This document shows, piece after piece, positions 52,100 through 64,000 of a DNA stretch of 64,000 nt. Below the pieces are notes generated by a model. It did not search any database. It was not told the DNA's origin and saw only the letters and a program-made list of their open reading frames with translations. Each line of letters starts with the position of its first letter. The stretch's first letter is position 1. The translations under genes and the position numbers were made by a program. This DNA comes from Rhizophagus irregularis (lineage: Eukaryota), in NCBI RefSeq assembly GCF_026210795.1, contig NC_089432.1, positions 3,224,001 through 3,288,000 of the forward strand. Reading direction: 5' to 3'.

Positions 52100-54230
52100 A
52101 CAATAAGGACCATCATCGTTGATTGTGTCTTCCATGCCCATTTCCCCTTTCACAGACAGTCTTACCGTAGGCAGTGTCTATAAAAGATAAATGAACCTAC
52201 AATAAGTAATAGCAAATGAGATGCATTTGTATGTCTAGACAGTCTAGTATAGAAATACCTCCAAATGAACTCCTATTATTACGACTTAGCTAGGAGCCAT
52301 CGATTGTATATGTCGTTGGGAATTTTACACTTAAATATTTCATATATTTTATACGTTTTCATACAAATGAGGCCCGTGAGGTAAATTAATATAAATATTC
52401 TAAAAACATAGAAGTTGGCTAGGTTTTACTGTAAAACACCCCAAGCAAAAAAAAATGGAAAATACCTACTATATCCATGGATGCCACAGATTTGAGTTTC
52501 TTCGCTGTTGTTACGGAGCATTTGCAATATTGTAAGAAGTGATAATTTAAATCATCCACTTCATTACGTGCTAATTTCGTTATATCTCCCATATAATGTG
52601 TCGAGTAAATTCCGTGGGCCCAAAGGACTATTCATATAGAATTGTAGCGTTATCATCCTGATATAAGACAGCATCGTTCTTATCGTCTCTCTTGAATTTG
52701 ATGGTTTTTGGTCAACATTTATGTTATAAACTCTATCTTTGTGTGCTTTGTTTATGATTTCTCCACTAAATCAAAGATATGTATCAATTCATCATATTCA
52801 TCATAAAATAAAAAGTACAAGATTAAAGGCTTACAAGGCAATTCCTGATGTCAATTTTAATTTAAATTAAAATCTTATTAAAAAAAAATCCAAAAAACAT
52901 CGAAAATAGATCCAAAATTCGATAGACCGTTTGGTTGGACCAAGTTTTTTCATCGCTGTCTGTTTGCAAGCCATCATAGTAGTAGTAAAACAAAAAATAT
53001 CGACAGACTTCTCTCGTTCATAACATCAATGGCCGTCTCTCATCAAGTGTTTTTTCTACTTCTGACAATGCATTTTTAATATTTCCACTGAGCAAACAAT
53101 GAAGATATTCCTTGATATCTTCAGGAAGATCAACCTCAACAGCAGTGTTTTGAGCTATCATCTCGAACGGTCCTCCGCGTCCGTTTCTGATAATGGTCTG
53201 AACGGTTCGCATAAAATATATATATATATCGATTTCTCATGTCATCAAAAAGTTCATTAATCTTGTTTTTCTTTACAACATTTGTTTCGACCGCAACTTA
53301 CATGATAGATGTCCATCCATTTGTAGTAGATGGGAGGCGAATTTTGAGCCATTACCTTTTTCGTGAGAGAGACAATGAGCTTGTATCGTAACATCTTTTT
53401 GCACTGTTAAAGTCGTCATCAATTTCATATTCATGGTCCACTAAAGAGTTGATGATTTCCTGCTTTACATGACTATCGCGAGTTGTTGATAGTGCGTAAT
53501 GTTTCATTTGTTTTGTTGCGACAGTTGTGAATGTTAAATGTTGCTCTGCCTATTCATAGGAAACAAAGAAGGGACCAGAATTAAATGGCCAGAAATTTAT
53601 AAATGAAGGTTGAAGAGAAACACTTTCCATTACCTGTAATCCATGAACTTTTGTAGTAACCTTTGCCTCTTCTAAGTTTGTATGTCTCAGCCATCGAAAA
53701 CTCATAAATGCATCCATCAGTATCTAAACCATCCTGTATAAGAATCGATTTTAGCCATAAAAAATTTTTAATAGATTTTAATTAACCACAAATAGAGGTA
53801 GCCACACTTCTGTAAGTTTATGAAAGGACCATCGCCACTCAAGAACCGTAGTCTAGTGGTTTTGCTCAATCCCAGTTGTAACAGGGTGGAACCGTAGTCC
53901 CCTATGCTTCCTGTCACACAATCGCCACATAACTCGCAAAAGCATGACTTTACCTTAAATTGTTGCAACATCTTTTTTTGCTGATTTCCTTTCTTCTTCC
54001 GAGCCCTCATTTTCGAACCAGTCAAGTTGCTTGTAAAGTGATGTTGTAATCTTCGTCTTGTTCATTGGAAGTTTAGACGCACGCCATTCTTCATGATACC
54101 TAAGAGCATCCCAAGCTTCACAGGGCGTTGTGAGGAAATAGGAGAAACCTAGTTTCGCCAAAAATCCTAGGAAAAGGTTAAAGAACTTTGTATTAAGAGC
54201 TGGAGTATTCAACGGATACGGTAGAAAATT
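52100..54230 (-). pseudogene. Decayed multi-exon gene, C-terminus resembling fungal restriction-endonuclease-fold proteins
   Basis: Fragments FSYFLTTPCEAWDALRYHEEW; VDLPEDIKEYLHCLL; DEKTWSNQTVYRILDLF; E*SFGP..HYMGDITKLARN, with stops and frameshifts; boundaries approximate. Confidence 0.55.
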
Positions 54231-54240
54231 AATACTTCTT

Positions 54241-54480
54241 TCGTCTCCCATCACATCCTTTCATCTCCTTTCACTCCTTTCACTCCTTTTTATCTCCCAT
54301 CACTCCTCTACATCTTCTCATCACTTCTTTTCGTCCCCCATCACTCCTTTTCATCTCCCATCACTCCTCTTCGTCTTCCATCACTTCTTTTCGTCTCCCA
54401 TCACTCTTTTCACTCCTTTTCATCTCCCATCACTCCTCTTCGTCTCTCATCACTTCTTTTCGTCTCCCATCACTCTCATG
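54241..54480. repeat. Pyrimidine-rich ~20-bp tandem repeat (ctcccatcactcctyttcrt)
   Basis: About 11 imperfect units; related ccatcact motifs at ~58018-58045. Confidence 0.85.
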
Positions 54481-55479
54481 TCCTATTTCTCCTTTTTGTT
54501 TCCTATCACTTCTCATTACTCTTTTTTACTCTCTTCCATTTCTATTACTTTTCATTACTCCATTGTTATTTCATTTTTTTTATTAGCATCTTTCTCCTTG
54601 ATCATTGTAATTTACTTATCTTTTTTATTTATTGTTATTGTTTCTTTATTTGTATCACTTCATTAAAAATAAATATGGTGATTTTTTTCTTTAAAATCGT
54701 AAATGTGTGGTTTAAATTTTCATATTTGCAAATAAAATTTCATTAAATAAGATTATTTTGAATAAATATATTTGTAAAAAAGTTTTTTTTTAAAATATCT
54801 TTTGTCGATAAAATTTTGAGTTTAACCGATCAAAAATTAGCCAAATTAAAAAAATCAGCCTTCAGCTGATTAATAAATTTACTCTATATATTGTACATCA
54901 TGTGACATATTTGAAAAAAAACCAGGCGACAATCACCCCGGCGACGTTCCCCAATTTTTATAATTCCTAATTACGTCCAATTAAAATTGACTCGTAAACC
55001 ATTAATTATTCATTTTATTAAAAAATATATATATATATATATTTTACGTCGAATAATGAAATAATTCCGATGATTACAAATCAGTAAATCACAGATCCAT
55101 AAATTCGATCTCATTTTTTTTTTAATTTAAACAATTTAAACGTCTTTTAAAAAAATGATATATTTCGGTTTCTTAAACTGATTTATTTATTTTTTTTTTT
55201 AAAAAATAAACGATATTTCAGACCAATTTTTTTAAAAGAAAGATATATTTTTTCAGACCAATTGAAAAAAAAAAATATTAAACCGATTTTTTTTTCTTTT
55301 TCAAAATTTTAAAATCATTTATTTATTTTTTATTTATTAATTAGTTTTCTTAAACCGATTTTTTTTCGTTTTTTAAAATATTTATTTTTTATATTTTTTT
55401 TTAAAAAAACATTTCGGTTTCTTAAACTGATTTTTTTTTCTTTTTAAAAATTATTTTTTTTTATTATAATTATTTACTC

Positions 55480-55960
55480 TGAAGTCCGAATTGCAACTTT
55501 TTTAAGATCAAGAATACGGATCTTGGGTAAGTTGCCTTTTTTCTTAAAAAAAATTACTTTTAAAAACGTTATTAACGTTTCTTTTGTCTTATTTTATAGG
55601 ACTTGTACTTTTTCGGGTTGGAATTTCGACTTGAAAGGTAAGAGATTTTTTAAAATTTGCTTTTTTTAGAGATTAATAACGTTTATTTTATTATATTTTG
55701 TAGGGAAACATTTTCGGCTTCCTGGATTCTTCTAAGACATGAGTATGCTCTGTGTGTTGTTATTTTTATAATTTCTTTAAAGAAACATATTAACGTTTTT
55801 TCTTTTTATTTCTCTGTAGGTTTTGGCTTCCTAATTCCTCCAGGACCTAATTCCTCCAGGATATAGGTATGTGTGGGTGGGTATTTATTTGGAATTTCTT
55901 TAATATTAACATTTCTTTTTTTTATTTTTTATAGGTTTTCCATTAAACTGCCTTTCCATT
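55480..55960 (+). ncRNA. Short plus-strand array of small exons with four GT-AG introns (putative non-coding)
   Basis: gtaagt ~55527, gtaaga ~55638, gtatgc ~55743, gtatgt ~55867; ttaac/ataac branch motifs (first one in the aaacgtta-t-taacgttt palindrome); TAG acceptors. Confidence 0.5.
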
Positions 55961-56648
55961 TGTAATTTTTGCGATCTAATCATCATTGTAACATAATTAT
56001 TAATAATTGCGTCATTTTATTTGCAGTCCGTCCTAACGAAAAATATCAATATATCATATGACATTATGCAAACTTTCAAAAAAGAGAATCATCTAAAGCA
56101 GGATAAATCACATGATTTGATATAATATGAGTGGACTAATTTTTTTACTGATAGACAGAAACAGAAGGGAAAAGTCTTTAGAAATTAAGAAGCAATTTAC
56201 TTTAAGACATAAAAGCTTTGATGACAATGACAAACTTACAATTCTGGCTAAAATTTGAGTATTACTAAAATCAATGGCTAACTGATAGGAGAACTGGACC
56301 AAATATGAAGTTTTAGGATGTAAAGTATTCGCTACCTAGTTTATATTTATTAAACCTTTTTTTTACCCTATTTTTTTTGTTAAAATCCTTTTTTTTTTTG
56401 TTATTTTGCAGTAGGTTTTACTGGATTTTTCCCAAAATGTTGACTAAAAGAAAAGATTTCCCTTTAAAAAAGCTTATATTTTACATAAAACTTACTCTTA
56501 TTCCAAAATTCATTTGACAATATACATGTAAGATCCTCTTGTAGAATGACAAGTGGTTTAGTAGTTAATAAATTAGATTAGTTTTTGTATTTGATTATAT
56601 ATATTGTGTTAATATAAAATTTTTTTTAATAAACTATTAAATGTGTTG

Positions 56649-56680
<32 letters not shown>

Positions 56681-57003
56681 CTTATTTATAATATTTTTTA
56701 AAATAAAATTACAAAAAAAATTTATATCAATATATAATATTAAAAAATAATGTAATAAAATGTATTTTTACTTTTTTTTTAAATTTACTTAAGATAATAA
56801 AAGTGATTTTAAATGTCATTTTTTGATTTATTTGATAAAAACCATTTTTTATTATTAAATTTCAATTTTTACTAGGAGTAAAATTTTCTTATTGGGATTT
56901 ATATAATATTACATAACATAAATTGACCAATAAAACTTTACTAAAAATGGCCAATTTTTTAAAATGATTTTGTAATAATTTTAAAATACTACTAAAATAC
57001 ATT

Positions 57004-57528
57004 TAGTATTCCACACGAATCGATTCATGATACGGTGTGACCCTGATTGCTTCTGAATAATAAAAACATATTTTGCGAATAACTTTTGATCTAGCAGTCT
57101 GATTTTGATGATTTTTTTATTTTGATCAGGTCAACGAGACCCATCGATTAAAAAAATGATTATTAAAATTGGATCACTAGATCCAGTGATGTGCATTGGA
57201 AGCGTCCAATAACTTTTTATTGGAATTGGAAGGCTTGAAATTGGAAGAATTGGAAGATTCCAATATTCCAATAATTTTCAATACATATTAGTTTATATAT
57301 ATATGTATATTGTATATATTCTATGTATACTGGAAGCTTTCAACAAAAATTTGTTGGCATTAGAAGGCTTGGAATTGGAAAAATTGAAAGATTCCAATAG
57401 CTTCCAATCTTCCAATACACATCACTGCTAGATCCTAAGATAATAATTTTTGGAGGTTGAATTGAGTTCGAATCAAGTCCAAATTGAATCAAATTTTAGA
57501 GAAGAAATTTGGTTCATGCGGAACACTA
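57004..57528. mobile_element. hAT-type MITE with perfect 8-bp TSD
   Basis: tagtattccacacgaa ... ttcatgcggaacacta; aatacatt on both sides. Confidence 0.8.
57184..57427. mobile_element. Nested hAT-type MITE
   Basis: cagtgatgtgcattggaag ... cttccaatacacatcactg TIR; ctagatc duplicated; internal ttggaa/ttccaa motifs. Confidence 0.85.
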
Positions 57529-60500
57529 AATACATTTAATACATCAAAATGTTTTTATTATACTTTTGTTATTATTTTGTAATTATATTGTATCTAGAAC
57601 TTTAGGTTTATAAAAATAACTCAAAATAATATCATAATAATTTTTTAATACTTTTATTATTATTTTATCATTATAATATAATTAACTTTGATATTATTTT
57701 AATATTTTAATTTCAAAAATACTTTAAATATATTTTAATATATTTTAAAAATTTTACAAAATAATTGTACAATTGTTTTGAAAGCCATTGTATCTAGATC
57801 TATAAAAATATTTCAAAAAATTGGCAACATATGTGCCGATTTTTGGAATTAGTCTAAATTAAGATTTTTATAAAAATTTAATATTTTAGTAAGATTAACA
57901 TTACACAAATCTAAATTAAATATGTGTTACATATTTACGTAACTCAGATTTAATAAAAAATAAAAAAAATTTTTTTAATCAATATTCAAAAATAACGGTA
58001 ATAACCACTTCTTTTTCCCCATCACTCCCATCACTTTTCCATCATTTTTCTATTCACTTTTATTAAATATGACAAAAAAGTTTATAAGCAAATATAGCAG
58101 TTATTTTTAAGTGGTAAGTAAAAGAAAAAACTTAATATTTTATATACATAGATAAGACATATTTTTTCATAATTTTTAGCTTTAATTTATTGTTTTTTCT
58201 TTGTAAAAAATACATGCAAATAAAAAATAATTATGATGTAAAATAGTTGTAAAATGAATAATAAGATATTCTTTTTTTTCAAAATAACTAATTATATATT
58301 TGTTTTTTATCTTTTAAAATTATTTTATTAGATTTATTCTACTAAAATCCTTAAATTGCAAATAAAATCTTTTAAATAAAGTAAAAGAATTTGGGATTCT
58401 CTTATGAAAGCATTTTTTGGTAAGAAATAAAATTTTCAGATCGGACTTTATGCAGGTGACAAAATCGTGCATTATTATTCCTGGAGATATGCTAACGTCA
58501 TCATTTTACATTCATTTGAAAGCTGAGAATTTGCTCTATCGTAAGAATCAAAGATCAGGAAAATTGGATCACTGGATGAGGCGTAATTAACGATCAAAGT
58601 CAAATCAAATTTAAAAATTAAAAATAAATATATTAGACGTAATTATTCACAATCCAGTGATTCAATTCATTCGATTTTAGGCTTATTAGATAGACCTCAA
58701 TTTTCTCTTTCAAATGAATATAATTTCATTCGTGTAGCTTGCATCTACAGGTATTTAATAAATTTTTTTATATCAGATTTTATCAAACTTATAAAATTTT
58801 ATATTAATAATATAATTGATGATTCCTAAACATCTACATATAATAAACGAATTATTTTAAATTTATTTTAAAGATAAAAGTTGGCATCACCTTAGGGAGC
58901 AAAGATCATTCAAATTGAATCACTATATGTGAAGTAATTAATGATCAAATTTAGATAAAATTCAATAATATACTGAACGTGATTACTGAACAACTAGTGA
59001 TTCAATTCACTTGATTTTAGATTCATTAGATAGATCTCGATTTTCTCTTTCAAATGAATGTAAATTTATTTGTATAGCTTATTTCTACGAAGAATTATCA
59101 ATGATTTTGTCATGAGAGTTATATTTGATCTTTTAAATTTTAATGATATCTTATATTAAAAAAAAATTAAAAATTATATAATTAATTAGTTTTTTTTGCA
59201 TTATCTGGTATAAATTTATTATTCTTATATAAATGATAATTTATATTTGCTTTAATAAAATTATTTTTGTGTAAAAAAATTAGATTCCAAGGATCGGCCC
59301 ATATGAAGAAAATGTTATTTTAAAATATTATAAATAAGATATATAATAGGGTATTACAATTAAGTTTATCTAAAATATAAGATATATATTATAAAACTAA
59401 AATTAAGTTTTATCACAATACATTTATAAATTTATTAAAACAATTTATTTAACATAAAATACATATAAAATTATAAAACTATTCTAATATAATTAATCTG
59501 AAACTACTTGTCATACTCATAAGTCATAAAATATCCTACATATATACTATTAAGTAATCTTTTTTATAAAATAATAATGGAAATTTTGTGATAAAAAGTA
59601 TTATAATTATAATACTTTAATATATATTATAATATTATAATTTCAATTTTTATCTAAAATTTGCTTATAAATATAAATAATGTGGATTTTATAATTTATC
59701 ACACCTGTGATGCATCACATCCTTTTTTGTCATCTGTGTCACACCCCTTCTCTTTTCATTTTTTATATGTATTCTGGAAACGGAATTTTTTCAGTTGTAA
59801 AAAATCCATTTTTCACACCTTTAATAGTTAAATGTCACATGTTTTAACATATTTTAATTTTGCCTGGCATTACGTAATTTTGCCCAGGGTAATTAGGGTG
59901 TAATGTATAAATTTATGTATTGCAGATGTGAATATATATATATATATATATTAAAAAACAAAACTCAAATAATATATTATTTTTTTATTTTATTTTATTA
60001 AAAGAGATAATATAAGTATAATGGATAAATAATTAACTGGATAGTTAAATTAATGACTGAAACAAAAAAAAAATTGTTTAATAATTTCTGTTAAAATTTT
60101 ATTATATAAGGATAATCTTTAATTTATCCAGACTATAATATATATGATTTATTATAATTGGTTGGTATACCAATAAAACATTTGATTGTTTCACATGGCG
60201 CCATTCAAATTTATATTTTTTATCAAGTATTATAATGAACTTTTGTAAAATAAACTTACTGCGGATTCAGCAGATCACGCGTGAGAAAGTTATATAATCA
60301 CGTGATTACACAAAAAAAAAAATCGGAGCCAGGCTGAAGTGCAGAAGTCCGTGATTTAATATGTGCAGTAAATCATTTTGAGATTAGTTCAAATATAGCC
60401 GCATCATAACTTTAATACTGTACCAGGTATTATTTATTATACAGGAAAAAAAAATAATATTTCAATTTAAAGGAAATTTGAATCAGTTTTTAATGCACGC

Positions 60501-63500
60501 CATAATGTAATCCTTTATTTTACATTTAAAGAAATGATCAGATTTTTTTTTATAATAGAATTTTCTATTATATATTTTAATATAGTAAAAAAGTAATGGG
60601 ATTAAATGATTGTTAAATTGCCCCTAAAGGAAAGGCTGCAAGTTTCGTTTCGCGATATAAAATTTTTAGTAAAATATGAATAGATGATATTATAGTACAA
60701 CAAACAATCAGCGGATCAAAAAAAACATTTACACAGAAAATTTAAAAAATATAAATACATCCATATTTCATTCATTTCTATGAGGAAATGATGACCATTT
60801 CTTTCATTAGTCTTTAACAATAAAAAGAAGAAGGGGGAATTACGATAAAAAAAATAATTTTTTAAAAAAAAACAAAAAAAAAACAACATAATATTTAAAA
60901 AAAAAATAATAAAAAAATTTTAAGAACATTTTTTAATAATAATACATGTAAAAAAAATTTATTATAATAAATTAAAAATTTGGATTGCATTTTTGACATA
61001 TGCTTTTACTAAATACAGTATATTTGATTAAGGTGGGACTAGAGATTAATTTGGCGATTCAACGCCCGGTGAAAGACAATGAAAAAATCGAGCGACAAAA
61101 GCATAATGCTTATCGATTAATAATTGTAATTATTTGCAATATAAGTTCAAAAGTAAATCTTAAAAAAAAAAAAAACTATAAAAAGAATTTTTTTTTAAAA
61201 AGATAAAATTCAAGACGATTAACTTGTTTCCAAATTAAATTATATAACAAAAAGTTTATTATTTTTAGTTTAAATGATAATTTTATTTTTATTTATAGTT
61301 CAAACTTCGTGTAATCATCTTAGTTGATCACATGGTCAATGCACAACATGAAAAAAGAGTAACACGGGAAATTCACGAGATTTAACCGAATATTAAACGG
61401 TAAAAAAGATTTTTTTTGTCAAACAATAAATTTCATTGGTTTATTTGAATTTATAATACAATATTCATTTGTTTAATGATAATCATTAATAAGGTTTAAT
61501 TATTTTTTTATATAGGATCATTTTTCTTTGTGTAAATTATTTTTATTGATTATTAATCACTTGCATAAATTATAATTTATGCAGAATATTACTGGAAGGA
61601 GATTAAGGGGAAAAATAGAATAAACATGAACTTCGGAAATTTATGTTACTGACTCAAAGGAAAGGCCAAAAAAAGAGATCATTAGTTCGTATAAAGTAAA
61701 GTTTCAAAATTTTTTATCGTTTAATTAATATTAAAATTAAATACTTATTTTTTTGGCGTACCGTAATCTTTATCATTGTCAAAAACAAATGAAACAAAAT
61801 AACAAAATGGCTTATTATTGTTATTATTACTAATTTAACACAAAGAATTTTTTACCCATTTTAATTATTACGAAACATCCCGTCATTTCATATAACTTTT
61901 ATGGCTTTGAAAATTTTTCGGGTTTTTTATTATTATAATGATAAAAAGTAAAAAATATCAACGCCTCATTTTTTTATGAACTTAATTTTATTCTTCTTTT
62001 TTTTTCATGGTAACGTTTATGATTTTGCTTTTGTTATCGGCGTAGATGGTAAAGAAACTCTTTTTTATTGTCCTATTTTTGGAAATTTGGGACGCCCTGT
62101 CAATGATAAATCTTTATTTGTTTTTTTTCAAAATATTTTTTTTTATTTTATTTTATTTTTTATTTTTTTTATTTTTTATTTTTGTTACAGTTCATTGAAA
62201 TACCAATTGCGTTTGTCGATTAAAAAAAAAAAACCATTATTTAAGATTTTAGGAAATTTCCCGCGCTTTATTTAAAGTTGTGCGGATCATCAGCTTCTAC
62301 TTGGAATAGTAGATTTGCAAGTGTCACCGTTTCACAAAGGTGTTACCGTTTCACAGAATGATGTGTTACAGTTACATAAGTTTCACAAGAAGGGGCTGCA
62401 AGATTGCATTTGTTTCTAAAGGGGCAAAAACAAAAATGCTAAATTTGGCGTTATCTTTGACCTTGTGACCTTGGGCTGAAATCGTGTGACATTAGTGTTA
62501 CATATCGTTGCATATTACATGATTTCGTGCAACATCAATAATCAATCATAATGATCCCATATTGGTAAATTTCATATGAAATTTTCCCTTTTAGGAAACT
62601 TTGGCTGGATATTGACGATTATTTACCGTTTGTGTTATTTGTTTATGCTTTTTGTTGGGGTTTGTGAGACACTTGTTTTACATTTTTGTAATTGTCCAGC
62701 ATTTTCAATCGCAGCTTTTTTTTATAAATCATTTTTTTACACACAATAAATATTTTTTTTTTTTTTTTTTCATAAAAAGGGTTTGAAATGATTTTCTAAA
62801 GTATAAATAGGGTGAGTGAACGGCTTTATATTAGTTTTTTCGTTTTTTTTTCTTTTTCATCCGACTAAAAAATCAGCCGTGTTTCACAAGAAAAAAAAAA
62901 CTGGATTTATATAAAAAGCTATAAATACAAAAAAGCCGGCAAATAAACCGGTAACTAAACCGGGTCTTTTTTTTTTTTTTTTTTTTTATATTCTTTGTCA
63001 TTTTTGTAAATAATTGGCGTTCTTTTTATATTGATCCAATATTTTGGCGCCACAAAAAAAAAAAAAAAATTTATTATATATATATTTTTTTTTATGCTGC
63101 GGGTTATAATCCGTTTAAAGGATCAAAAAAAAAAATCATTTTTTTTTTTTTTTTTAAATAAAATCTAATTTTTTTTTGAAAAAAATTTTCTTTTTTTTGA
63201 TTTTTTTTTTATATTTTAGTGATTTGTACGAAAATTTTTTTTTTTTGTAAATAGTTTATCTAGAAAAAAAAAGGGCGAATCAAAAAAAGGGGAATTACAA
63301 AAAAGGTATATATAAAGTAATTGATCATCCTAATGACTCATTTTAGCTAAAGTTTGTGGAACAGTGACGATCAAATGTGATGTTTTAATTTTATAATATT
63401 GTTAATGTGATTTCATTTTAACAATCACAATTAAAGTGGATGACGTGTACCTTCTCAATCATTAATCAATATATATATATATCAATATATCAAATTATCA

Positions 63501-63685
63501 ATTTTTTATTTTCTTTCTCACACATTTTTTCCTTTTTCAATCAATCAATTAGGTTTTTTTTTTTGAACGGTTAAAGGAACAATACTCAAAAATCATAGCA
63601 AAAAAAAAAGAATCATCGTTGTACATATTTCATTAAAACAAAACAAAAGAATTTAATTGATTAATAATATACAATTCGGACAAAA

Positions 63686-64000
63686 ATGCATAATTACGTT
63701 ACATCTCCGGAACAAAACGCGCAACAACATGGATCATCGAATCAAGCTAGTATTAATAATATACTACAAAGACCTAGTACTACTACTAGAACGATGCCAC
63801 ATGAATTTACGTTGGATCAAGGAAATCAATCAGCAAAGAGACGAAAGAGTGGTGGTAGTACTTATGTGAATCCTCCTTCTCATCAATCCGATCAAGCTTA
63901 TATGCAACAAGGACCGTATCATTTCATTCAACCTTCATCATCACTTTATTTTAGTCCAATAACAAGTATAAATCCACCAATAACGGTGCGAAATAATAGT
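63686..64000 (+). CDS. 5' end of a gene with a low-complexity S/P/Q/N-rich N-terminus and a KRRK motif (possible nuclear regulator); runs off the window
   Basis: caaaaATG context; open frame MHNYVTSPEQNAQQHGSSNQ..SAKRRKSGG..ITVRNNS to the window end; preceded by a long gene-free AT-rich upstream region. Confidence 0.75.
   Translation, partial: MHNYVTSPEQNAQQHGSSNQASINNILQRPSTTTRTMPHEFTLDQGNQSAKRRKSGGSTYVNPPSHQSDQAYMQQGPYHFIQPSSSLYFSPITSINPPITVRNNS

Noticed and set aside
58430..59110. Internally duplicated, partly inverted sequence (ggatcactgg/ccagtgattc)
   Set aside because: Probably an old TE remnant, but no termini or TSD could be defined
54478..62275. Small hydrophobic or low-complexity ORFs (54478, 55657, 56108, 61000, 61976)
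   Set aside because: Arise from T- or A-rich non-coding sequence; no domain signal
63657..63869. 70-aa ORF in the supplied track
   Set aside because: The frame from ATG 63686 is open to the window end and has a more plausible composition and start context

Overview
Very AT-rich, intron-containing eukaryotic DNA. The gene families (TKL kinase-SEL1 fusions, Crinkler, F-box/LRR, HxDFHxGN kinases) point to an arbuscular mycorrhizal fungus (Glomeromycotina, Rhizophagus-like); this is inferred from gene content only. Positions 1-35.3 kb hold a tandem array of five kinase-SEL1 genes (the first partial), whose spacers are interrupted by nested TIR elements, an internally deleted Helitron and a Crinkler-type NTPase/REase gene. 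An F-box/LRR gene and two convergent TKL kinases follow. The standout observation is that the ~90-bp 'minisatellite' at 44.7-47.9 kb reads, on the minus strand, as a chain of spliceosomal introns separating 34 three-nucleotide micro-exons and one 1-nt exon. Spliced together they give a stop-free N-terminus for the 43.4-44.7 kb kinase, and skipping any 3-nt exon preserves the frame. A second system consists of probably non-coding arrays of short exons whose donor sites and branch points sit in hairpins (3.3-4.5, 49.7-52.0 and 55.5-55.9 kb); one exon carries a ~305-bp fragment of a Crinkler paralog. A low-complexity gene begins at 63686. All splicing models were read by eye and lack transcript evidence.
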